Below the pieces are notes generated by a model. It made no database searches. It was not told the origin of the DNA and saw nothing but the letters and a program-made list of their open reading frames with translations. The position numbers and the translations under genes were made by a program. DNA of 60,705 nucleotides, counting the filler. It is 3 parts of 3 records of this genome, joined end to end, with 100 filler letters (N's around TTAATTAATTAA, not from the genome) between each part and the next. Parts side by side here need not be neighbours in the genome. Positions count along the whole stretch, not along the records: positions 1 to 30,164 come from SRR31156797_13936; 2 more parts are not named here. One strand, 5' to 3'. Shown one piece after another: positions 9,689 through 18,641 of the stretch; position 1 is the stretch's first letter; every line of letters starts with the position of its first letter.

Positions 9689-9775
9689 CCGGAGTTCAGC
9701 AATATTTTTGATTGCTGAAAGTTAATATCACAAATTTGCATACAGGCCTTCATTGGCAAATATCATAGATACTGA

Positions 9776-10624
9776 ATGGGTTTTCTGAAATTTTTAACCA
9801 GCAGAGCATTTTTCAAGCATTTAGGGATTGCTGTAGTTTTAGTCGTGTTGCTTTTGTGGCTTACGCTGCAGGCCCTGAATATTTACACCCACCAGGGTGA
9901 TGAAGTTGAAGTCCCCGGTCTAACTGGCATCCGGATTGATAAATTGGATGAACTGGATTTTGAGGGGGATTTTAATTATGTGGTAATCGATTCAGTTTAC
10001 GACGACCATTTCAGCAAAGGTGAAATTGTTTTGCAGGATCCGCCTCCAGGCTCCAAGGTAAAATCCGGCCGTAAGATTTATGTCACCATTGTAGCCAGCC
10101 AGCCCGAAATGATCATTATGCCCGACCTTGTAGATCTTTCCCTGCGTCAAGCGCTGAGTGAGCTAAAAGCCAACAGCCTGAAACTGGATAAGCTGGATTA
10201 TGTACCCAATTTTGCTAAGAATGCCGTTCTGGCGCAGCGCATCGAAGGCGATACCATTGAAGTGGGGACCGAGGTTTTGAAAGGTACACCTGTTGAGTTG
10301 GTGTTGGGCGCAGGTCTGGACAATGATAAGATTGATATACCGTTTTTAATAGGTAAATCGGAAACTGAAGCCATCAAAATTTTGAATAACTCGGGATTTA
10401 ACGTTGGGTTCCTGAAATACCTGGATGGGCGCGATAAGGTGCATTCAAGGGTTTACGAACAGCAGCCGCAACCCATTGAGGGTGCCAATGCCAATTATGG
10501 TGCTTACGTTGATTTATGGTTCAGGCACGATGGTTTCTTTGATTTTGACTCACTGGTGGCTGTTTACAGGACTTCGCTGCTTGAAGAAGCAGACAGCATA
10601 TTAAATCAATCACAACCCGAATGA
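9776..10624 (+). CDS. PASTA domain-containing membrane protein (3 PASTA repeats)
   Basis: N-terminal TM, YTHQG, repeats starting VPGLTG / MPDLVD / IPFLIG; usual neighbour of ddl and rluD in Bacteroidota. Confidence 0.9.
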   Translation: MGFLKFLTSRAFFKHLGIAVVLVVLLLWLTLQALNIYTHQGDEVEVPGLTGIRIDKLDELDFEGDFNYVVIDSVYDDHFSKGEIVLQDPPPGSKVKSGRKIYVTIVASQPEMIIMPDLVDLSLRQALSELKANSLKLDKLDYVPNFAKNAVLAQRIEGDTIEVGTEVLKGTPVELVLGAGLDNDKIDIPFLIGKSETEAIKILNNSGFNVGFLKYLDGRDKVHSRVYEQQPQPIEGANANYGAYVDLWFRHDGFFDFDSLVAVYRTSLLEEADSILNQSQPE

Positions 10625-12846
10625 TCAGGAATTTCTTCATCATAACATTTTTTGTATTTGTTGGGATTTCAGTTTCAGCGCAGGAATACCTCATCGGACT
10701 ATCCGAAAATCCGGTTCTGAAACAACAGGATGAAAATCATCACATCGACTGGCGCAACAAATCCCTGAAATCTTCCAGAATTGATGTTAGGAAACCAGTT
10801 CCAATTCCCTTTTTTGAGGATTTTAAACAAAAAGATGTTTATCCGGATACCGCCCGCTGGTTGGATAATTTTGTTTTTGTAAACCAGGAATTCCCGCTTT
10901 TCCCGCCTTCCTGGGGGGCTGCCACTTTCGACGCTATCGATGCCAACGGAAATATTTATAACAATGCCAATTCATTGCAGTTTTTTGCTGATCAGCTAAC
11001 ATCAAGGCCTATTCGTCTGGATTCAATTTTTAGTCCGTCACCACAGGCGCTTTCACCAGCCGATTCCATTTACCTGAGTTTTTATTTCCAGCCACAAGGC
11101 GCGGGAAATGATCCCCAGTCGCAGGATTCGCTTGTATTGCAGTTTGGGTTTGAAACGGGGGAATATGTTTTCGACCGGGTGGATTCTACGGCTATTCCGG
11201 TTGACCTTTATGGCGTGGATACAATTTTTCCGGGAGATACGCTTATCACGCCATGTGATCCCAATTGGGGATTCCGGGTGCTGGATACGCTGTTTTCTGG
11301 TGATACTGTAATATTACCTTGTGATTCAGTATTTGTTCCTGAACGTGAATGGTATCATGCATGGTCCTCCAAAGGGACAACGCTGGATACGTTCAGGATT
11401 TTTAACGATACTTTTTATTTTAAACAGGTATTTGTCCCAGTAAAAGATAGTGTGTGGTTCCGCAAGGATTTTCATTTCAGGTTTTATAATTATGCCAGTA
11501 TTGCCAACGACAATCTGCAAAGCTGGCAAAGCAATTGTGATCACTGGAATGTCGATTACATCCTGTTGAATCGCAACAGGAGTCGTGACGATACAACCCA
11601 CCAGGATATAACCTTTGTCGGGAAAGCTGAATCTTTCCTGAAAAATTACCAAAGTATGCCCGTGGACCAATACATGAACGACAATACCAACCTGGTGAAA
11701 ATTGGCCTGAAAATGTATATCAGCAACCTGGATGATGGTAATCAGACAGCAAATTACGGATATGATGTTTATGATCTTTTGGGCGACCCAAAGTTTAGCT
11801 GGGATGGTGGTGCCGGTGACCTTGTGCCTTTCAACGAGGGCGGATATTCAACCATTCCGCCATTTGCTTTTCCTCCGGTTAATGGCTTTTTCCTGATTCC
11901 AGGAGATCGTGATTATTATTATTTCGATATCATTCATCATCTTGCCGGCGATCAGGCGCTTGGCCTGGGTGATTCACTGACCTTCAGGCAGGAATTCGAT
12001 AACTATTTTGCTTATGATGATGGAACACCGGAATTCGGATACGGCCTCACACCGGCCGGTTCTGAACTTGCCTATAAGTTTGAAATGTCGTTGGGAGATA
12101 CACTCAGGGCAGTGGACATGTTTTTTAATAAGACCCTGAACGGAGCAAATCAGCAGTTCTTTCAACTGGCTGTGTGGAATCACGACGCTATCCAGAACCA
12201 ACCCGGCGAATTGCTTTGGTTGGAAGCACGACAAAAACCCGTTACCGAAGGTGGACTTTACGAATTTCATACCTATCATTTCGATAGTCCCATTTATGTT
12301 GACACCAACAGGCTCGATACAAGCAGATGCAATTACCCCATTGTCCCCAGAACATTTTATGTTGGATGGGTGCAGTTAACCGGCCATAACCTAAACCTCG
12401 GGTTTGATGCCAACAACAATTCGCGCAAAAACATTTATTACAACGTTACCAGCGATTCACTTTGGGGAAGGTCAAGTTTCGAAGGGTCCTTGATGATGCG
12501 ACCGATTGTGGGCAGGCCGCTGATTGAAGAAGATCGAACCCCGGATTATAAAGCTGCCATGGACCTGTTCAGGATTGTGCCAAACCCAAGCACCGACGGG
12601 CTGGTCAGCCTCAGATTTATGCAATACCCGGGGCATTCGCCCTTCCCGGAATATATTAGCCTGGAGCAGGATGTGATTCAGCAAATGGATGTATATGTGT
12701 TCAATATGATGGGGCAGATGGTTTACCAGGGTAATTATGAATCTGTTATCAACTTGTCCTTCCTCCACGATGGCATATATGTCATCAGGATCATCGATAA
12801 CATCAACAAGAGTTCGATGTCGCAGAAATTACTGATCAGAAATTAG
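10621..12846 (+). CDS. T9SS type A sorting domain-containing protein, function unknown
   Basis: Signal peptide; FFEDF, FAYDDGTPE, GSLMMRP; CTD with IVPNPS...VFNMMGQ...GIYVIRI...KLLIRN. Confidence 0.85.
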   Translation: MIRNFFIITFFVFVGISVSAQEYLIGLSENPVLKQQDENHHIDWRNKSLKSSRIDVRKPVPIPFFEDFKQKDVYPDTARWLDNFVFVNQEFPLFPPSWGAATFDAIDANGNIYNNANSLQFFADQLTSRPIRLDSIFSPSPQALSPADSIYLSFYFQPQGAGNDPQSQDSLVLQFGFETGEYVFDRVDSTAIPVDLYGVDTIFPGDTLITPCDPNWGFRVLDTLFSGDTVILPCDSVFVPEREWYHAWSSKGTTLDTFRIFNDTFYFKQVFVPVKDSVWFRKDFHFRFYNYASIANDNLQSWQSNCDHWNVDYILLNRNRSRDDTTHQDITFVGKAESFLKNYQSMPVDQYMNDNTNLVKIGLKMYISNLDDGNQTANYGYDVYDLLGDPKFSWDGGAGDLVPFNEGGYSTIPPFAFPPVNGFFLIPGDRDYYYFDIIHHLAGDQALGLGDSLTFRQEFDNYFAYDDGTPEFGYGLTPAGSELAYKFEMSLGDTLRAVDMFFNKTLNGANQQFFQLAVWNHDAIQNQPGELLWLEARQKPVTEGGLYEFHTYHFDSPIYVDTNRLDTSRCNYPIVPRTFYVGWVQLTGHNLNLGFDANNNSRKNIYYNVTSDSLWGRSSFEGSLMMRPIVGRPLIEEDRTPDYKAAMDLFRIVPNPSTDGLVSLRFMQYPGHSPFPEYISLEQDVIQQMDVYVFNMMGQMVYQGNYESVINLSFLHDGIYVIRIIDNINKSSMSQKLLIRN

Positions 12847-12852
12847 CATTTC

Positions 12853-13887
12853 ATGACCGAAGAAAATCAGGATCTGCACGATGAAAGGGACGAGGGTTTG
12901 TATGAACATTTCCGGATAAATGTTGATCCCGGACAAAGCCTGATGCGCATCGATAAGTACCTCACCAACCGCCTCGAAAATATTTCCCGTAACCGGGTTC
13001 AAAATGCTGCACGAGCTGGAAATGTGCTGGTTAATGATAAACCTGTAAAGCCCAACCACCGTATCCATCCCAACGATGTAATCTCTGTTGTCCTTCCTGA
13101 TCCTGTTAGAGAGTTTGAAGTCATACCTGAAGATATTCCATTTGAGGTTTTGTATGAAGATGACGACCTGGTGGTGATCAATAAGGAGGCCGGAATGGTG
13201 GTGCATCCCGGACACGGAAACTATACAGGTACTTTGCTTAACGGACTTGAATTCTATTTTAAAGATAAAAAGGAAGTAGTCCCGGCATTGATTCACCGGA
13301 TCGACAAGGATACTTCAGGTGTTTTGCTGGTTGGGAAAAATGAACTGGCACAAGGTATTCTCGGTAAGCAATTTTTTGATCACAGCATCCTGCGGAGCTA
13401 TGTGGCATTGGCCTGGGGCGATTTTAAGGATGATGCAGGAACCATCACCGGCCATATTGGTCGCAATCCAACCAACCGGCTGCAAATGTTCGTTTTCCCG
13501 GATGGATCGCAGGGTAAGCATGCAGTGACACACTATAAAGTGTTGGAACGTTTTGGGTATGTAACCCTGCTGGAATGCCGGTTAGAAACCGGCCGCACGC
13601 ACCAGATCAGGGCGCATATGGCTTATATCGGGCATCCGTTGTTTAATGATGAACGCTATGGTGGAGACAAGATACTAAAAGGAACCACCTTCTCGAAATA
13701 CAAACAGTTTGTGGAAAACTGCAAACAGCTTATTCCACGCCAGGCCCTTCATGCCCAATCCCTGGGCTTTAAACATCCAACCACAGGCCAAGATTTATTT
13801 TTCAAAACGGACCTTCCCGAAGACCTGCAAATGGCCATTGAAAAATGGCGGCATTATGCAAAGCATAAAGATCTTTATACTGGTTAA
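12853..13887 (+). CDS. rluD: RluA-family 23S rRNA pseudouridine synthase (RluD-like, with S4 domain)
   Basis: RIDKYL S4 domain; INKEAGMVVHPG, HRIDKDTSG, LETGRTHQIR, RQALHA. Confidence 0.92.
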   Translation: MTEENQDLHDERDEGLYEHFRINVDPGQSLMRIDKYLTNRLENISRNRVQNAARAGNVLVNDKPVKPNHRIHPNDVISVVLPDPVREFEVIPEDIPFEVLYEDDDLVVINKEAGMVVHPGHGNYTGTLLNGLEFYFKDKKEVVPALIHRIDKDTSGVLLVGKNELAQGILGKQFFDHSILRSYVALAWGDFKDDAGTITGHIGRNPTNRLQMFVFPDGSQGKHAVTHYKVLERFGYVTLLECRLETGRTHQIRAHMAYIGHPLFNDERYGGDKILKGTTFSKYKQFVENCKQLIPRQALHAQSLGFKHPTTGQDLFFKTDLPEDLQMAIEKWRHYAKHKDLYTG

Positions 13888-13888
13888 A

Positions 13889-16800
13889 TTACCTTATGAT
13901 GATCTTATGAACTTCATTGAAAATGTTTGTATTGATTTTCACGAAATAGATTCCGCCCGGAAATTTACTTACATCTAGGTCGATTTTCCCGACGAAACTT
14001 GTTTGGGTGAGCATTTTCCCTTTGGTATCCAGGATAGTGAGGAAGACCATGCCGGAATGGCTGTTGCTGAGTTTTATCATTAATTCATCGCTGGCAGGAT
14101 TGGGGTAAATTTCAAGGTTCTTGCCCATAAGAGATCTTGTTTCCGTATTATTCATTTGTATATTTGTTATGGCGGCCAGACTTCCCGATTGATAATATCC
14201 TGAGCTGTTTTCCATACCCGGGTCATAGGTGGCCTTCAAATCAAATATTTCATCAGTTGTTGACCGGTAGAGTTTTAAACGGACCATTTCGCCTTCAAAG
14301 AATCCGGTTTTAGCTGTTGTGGTTTCATCGTTACCGAAAAGGGTAATAGATTGGTTATGACAGGTGCTGTTGATTTGAAGGTAGCCAAATGGTCGGTGGC
14401 CTCTTCCAAATGCTCCAATCATATCTCCAGTGAAAAAGTGTTTCATTGCATCCTTTGTGAGGGCGGAAATCTGGGTGGTGGGGGAAAGGGTTAGGTCACC
14501 CCATGGCGTGGATATTTTGTTGATCTGGATTGACGGATTGGCTGCAGCTTTTTTGGCACAATCCGGGAAAGTCAGATCAAATTCGTTGGCAACTTTAATT
14601 TTGTAGGCATTGCCTGGTATAAGGCTTTCAAGCGTGAAAATGCCCATGCTAGGCCAGAAAATCCCTGTACCTATCATATCATGAATGATCATGATATCAT
14701 CAAGATGAGCATCGAAAAAGTCCATGGTGTTTACATTGCATTCGCTAATTACCGGCAAGTAATACCAGCCCGGAACCAGGTTGATTTCTCTATTAGCAAT
14801 TTCATTACCGCAAATGTCAAAGTCTGTATCCTGGTTTACTTTCAGTGTGTAACCTGAGGTGTTATCGAAATTACCGATGGTGTTGACATTTTCATCAGGC
14901 CAGTAAATGGTAGTGAGGTTTCTGACTATTGTTAGCTCATCTGATATGGCGGCAAACAGGTTTTCCACATCAAAGTCAAATGGTACAACATAACTTGAAA
15001 TGCTATTCCAACCCTCTAAGAAGGAATAATACTGGCAGTTCATCACATCAAGACTATTGACTTTTGAAAGGCCAAAGTTGGCAAACTTCCCCTGGTTAGG
15101 CATGGTAGTATCGTAGGTAGCGCCGGCTTGGTATTCAACACCTTCACTTGAGTCGTAGATTTTCCATCTGAACCTTTCACCTGTGTCAAAACCGTCTTTA
15201 TTTGGGCTGGTAACATCGTTTCCGTAGGCTGATAATGTGGCGCCGCCTGTGGCATCTATTTCTGCTGCACCTCCACAACCTTCATTACCTTCCTCAGTAA
15301 TGAAGAAAACCCCTATCCAATCTCCCGGCTCCAGCGAATCTCCGAAAATGTTGGGATTGGCTGTAACAGGAACATTGATCGTATGAATCTGATCTGTAAC
15401 CGTATATGACCAGGGCTGATTTAATACATTGAGTGTGACAGGAATATGCGCAAGTGTATTGTAAGGATCGTTGGTTGAAATAGGAATCACTTTTTCATAA
15501 GATCCGGGTTCAAGGCTATTTGTATTTAATGTTACATTAATCGGCTGTGATTGTCCGGCTCCCACTGTCCCATTCGTAATATCAGTCGAAAGCCAACTTG
15601 TTCCGATATTCGCCGTGAAATCACAACAATTACCAATCATGTAGGATTCGCAAGGATCGCTGACCAGATCAAAATTATTGGCCCTTACACGCATGATATG
15701 GTTTCCTGTTGTTGCATCCAACGGAATTGTGATGTCATATGAAATGGTTGTGTTGCCTGAAGGTATATAACCATCATCAAGTATTATTTCGTTATCTGTA
15801 AGTTGAAGATCGTCATCAAAATCGATCCATATATCAAAATTGGATGATCCGTTACCTGTTTCTATATTCAGGGTATAGGTTTCGCCGGGTGTTAATAGGT
15901 GGGTTGTGTCCGTGAAATCGTGATACCAAATCGGGGACCCGGTGCATTCAATATCAACATTGATGTTTGCAAATTCCCAATGTGAAAGGCCATAATCAAA
16001 AGCACAACCATAGATGTAAAGATCTTCAGTACAAGGCGTTAATTCTCCCGGCCCGACACTAAATTCAAGTGGCAGATTACCATTATTAGCAAGTATAACC
16101 GGAATAGTTTTGAGGGTATTTGGCAGCATTGATTGTACAATGGAGGTGGGAGTTAGTACCATTTTCGGAAAAACATAATTGGTGACTTCTTTATATTTGC
16201 AATCATTGAGCGGATTTTCGTCATCTGCCAGACCGGTGCAAACCTGAATTGCAAATGTCGTATTGTAGGCAGAAAGGTCAGCCGGGACAGAAAATGTATA
16301 TTCTATGGAGTCTCCTGGCAGAATGGTTTCAGACACGATTTCAGATATGATTTCTTCGTCATCCACTCTGTAGTGCACAGGAATATTTGCCTGGCTTGTA
16401 GTCCCAACATTTTTAATGCTGATAGTTACATCCTCCTGCCCCAGATCTTCGCCGGTTACGGGCGAAATAACGGTTGTCAGAGCCATGTCATTTTCATATT
16501 GAGTATTGTTTACCACCCACGCTACGGGTTGCCATGTTTGTATGGTATTATTGCCCTGGTCATCGGTAATCTTTATTTTAATATCGAGAAATGCTGATCC
16601 GGTAAATAGTGATAATGCTCCTGAGATATCAGCTGTATAAAAATATCCGAAAATATTGGCATCATACCACTGGGGATGAGCAATAGTTTCCAGTGGAGTC
16701 CATATGGTATCATGATGTATTTTAAAATAGGCCTCGACTGAATCGGGACCTCCCATTTGTCCGTAAGAACCAATGTCGTAAGTACTTAATTGTAAAGTCG

Positions 16801-18370
16801 CAGTTTCGTCATAAGCAAAAGTGTTGCTAATGGCATTGTTACTGTTTAACAATCTGAATGAGGAAAACACAGGGGGATTGGAGTCTGGATTTCCAAGGTC
16901 AAATTCATTCTCGATTGAAATGCTACCCTGGATGCCTTTTAATGCATAATTTTCGCTGGTAACGGACACTGAATATTCCCCGGCCTTTGTAACCACAAAG
17001 GGCTCTGTAAACCAGGACAAATCCCCGCTATCAATTATTGAAGAATCCGATCGGATTTTATAGTTGCTTTCATAGAGGTCTAAATTCCGCTTTTCATTTA
17101 ATTGGCCTTGGCTGAAAGAAGAAATATATATAGAGTTTGGTATATACACATTATTCTCAGAGTTAATCCTAAAAAACTGAACCGGGGGGCCCACATCTGC
17201 AATCTCGCCATCCGCAAAATATGCAGAGGCGGCATTTTTGTTAAACTCGGCAAATACAACACTATCCCCGGAAGTCACGAAAAAAGGATCAGTCATAAAA
17301 TATTTACCTGAGAGATACTCGGGAATATCTTCCCAAAAATATACACCTGGAACAAAGGTTAACATGTAATCATGGCCATACATATGCTCAGTATTAGCCA
17401 TGTAAACCTGCAAAGTATCTTTGTCATGCGACGGATAATCTGAATTTTGAACTGTGGATATAATGTCAATCCATCCTTTCCCTTCTCTGTTTCTGATCCC
17501 ATGTCCAATATTTATAAAGTTGCTTTGCGACGCTGGTGATGCATGCAGTATCATTTGCAGATTTTTATAATCGGAAGGATCATTCCGGAATATGGTGTCA
17601 TGGCTTATGCCATTCAACTCCTCAAAATCGGTAATATTCATCTTTCCTGACTCATAAAAATTTTGATTCATAAAAATTTTGTGATCATTTGGTATGTCAG
17701 AAACTTTTAAATAACCAAGGTTGAAATCAATAATACTGGTTAGGTAGGCTCCGATTTCGTATGGTTCAGGAAATTTAAAACAAATAATACCACTGTTTCT
17801 GATCAATGAAGGATTATTGGGGTCTACCAACGTTCCGTTTTCATCGTAGCAACTGAAGGATATTTGATGTTTGGCCATCTTATCAAAACTTATCGTTGTA
17901 TCGACGTCATGTGTAACTTCCATGTGGGCGAGAAAAACAAATTCGTATGTTAATAGGTGAATGGCCAGAATTTCATAGGTGTTTTCAGGAATGAATAATT
18001 CAGCAGTGAGATAGTCACCTGACCAACTCACATCTTCAACAGTGTATGTGTTTAAATTATTTGTGATAAATAAACTCCCTTCAAGCATACTTTTATCAAA
18101 ACGTAGAGTCATACGATAATCGGTCTTTCCATCCCTGTTATGCCACGATTGAGGTAGTGCCCCGGTTAACTTGTGATAACCCCGACCGGAAATCCAACAT
18201 TTCGACTGACCCTCTTTATCATCGTTATTATAATCAAAGATTGTACTTTTCCCATTTTCGTGGTTTATTCTGATACGTCTGCCAAAACGGGTTTTTGAGT
18301 TCTGGTAGCTTTGTGCGATGGCGAAAGCAGTCGTTAAATACAAAAGTGTAAAAACCAGGACTTTTTTCAT
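13889..18370 (-). CDS. Large multidomain T9SS-secreted protein (CARDB-like, GEVED-like and BACON-like modules, type A CTD)
   Basis: 1493 aa; signal peptide; DMALTTVISP...ISIKNVG (Ig/CARDB-like); IWIDFDDD...HIMRVR (GEVED-like); WLSTDITNGTV (BACON-like); IYPNPAS...GIYFVKI...KIIIR CTD. Confidence 0.85.
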   Translation of the reverse strand: MKKVLVFTLLYLTTAFAIAQSYQNSKTRFGRRIRINHENGKSTIFDYNNDDKEGQSKCWISGRGYHKLTGALPQSWHNRDGKTDYRMTLRFDKSMLEGSLFITNNLNTYTVEDVSWSGDYLTAELFIPENTYEILAIHLLTYEFVFLAHMEVTHDVDTTISFDKMAKHQISFSCYDENGTLVDPNNPSLIRNSGIICFKFPEPYEIGAYLTSIIDFNLGYLKVSDIPNDHKIFMNQNFYESGKMNITDFEELNGISHDTIFRNDPSDYKNLQMILHASPASQSNFINIGHGIRNREGKGWIDIISTVQNSDYPSHDKDTLQVYMANTEHMYGHDYMLTFVPGVYFWEDIPEYLSGKYFMTDPFFVTSGDSVVFAEFNKNAASAYFADGEIADVGPPVQFFRINSENNVYIPNSIYISSFSQGQLNEKRNLDLYESNYKIRSDSSIIDSGDLSWFTEPFVVTKAGEYSVSVTSENYALKGIQGSISIENEFDLGNPDSNPPVFSSFRLLNSNNAISNTFAYDETATLQLSTYDIGSYGQMGGPDSVEAYFKIHHDTIWTPLETIAHPQWYDANIFGYFYTADISGALSLFTGSAFLDIKIKITDDQGNNTIQTWQPVAWVVNNTQYENDMALTTVISPVTGEDLGQEDVTISIKNVGTTSQANIPVHYRVDDEEIISEIVSETILPGDSIEYTFSVPADLSAYNTTFAIQVCTGLADDENPLNDCKYKEVTNYVFPKMVLTPTSIVQSMLPNTLKTIPVILANNGNLPLEFSVGPGELTPCTEDLYIYGCAFDYGLSHWEFANINVDIECTGSPIWYHDFTDTTHLLTPGETYTLNIETGNGSSNFDIWIDFDDDLQLTDNEIILDDGYIPSGNTTISYDITIPLDATTGNHIMRVRANNFDLVSDPCESYMIGNCCDFTANIGTSWLSTDITNGTVGAGQSQPINVTLNTNSLEPGSYEKVIPISTNDPYNTLAHIPVTLNVLNQPWSYTVTDQIHTINVPVTANPNIFGDSLEPGDWIGVFFITEEGNEGCGGAAEIDATGGATLSAYGNDVTSPNKDGFDTGERFRWKIYDSSEGVEYQAGATYDTTMPNQGKFANFGLSKVNSLDVMNCQYYSFLEGWNSISSYVVPFDFDVENLFAAISDELTIVRNLTTIYWPDENVNTIGNFDNTSGYTLKVNQDTDFDICGNEIANREINLVPGWYYLPVISECNVNTMDFFDAHLDDIMIIHDMIGTGIFWPSMGIFTLESLIPGNAYKIKVANEFDLTFPDCAKKAAANPSIQINKISTPWGDLTLSPTTQISALTKDAMKHFFTGDMIGAFGRGHRPFGYLQINSTCHNQSITLFGNDETTTAKTGFFEGEMVRLKLYRSTTDEIFDLKATYDPGMENSSGYYQSGSLAAITNIQMNNTETRSLMGKNLEIYPNPASDELMIKLSNSHSGMVFLTILDTKGKMLTQTSFVGKIDLDVSKFPGGIYFVKINTNIFNEVHKIIIR

Positions 18371-18641
18371 CGTCGTTAATTTTTAATTGAATACCAATCG
18401 AATTTGATGATAAAGCTGTAAAGTTAATCTTGAAACGCTCCGATACCAAAAAACGATCATATTCAAAACGTAGTCAAATGAAAAATTGTGACTTATTTGG
18501 ACCTTTTATAACACTGAATTTTAACAAGAAACAAATTTAAGCATTTGGCCTGGTTAATATCAGTGTAATTAAAGTGTTATGAAGCTATTTCAATTTAAGG
18601 GGGTACTGCAACAGGCTAAACCTTCAATAATCACAATTTAA

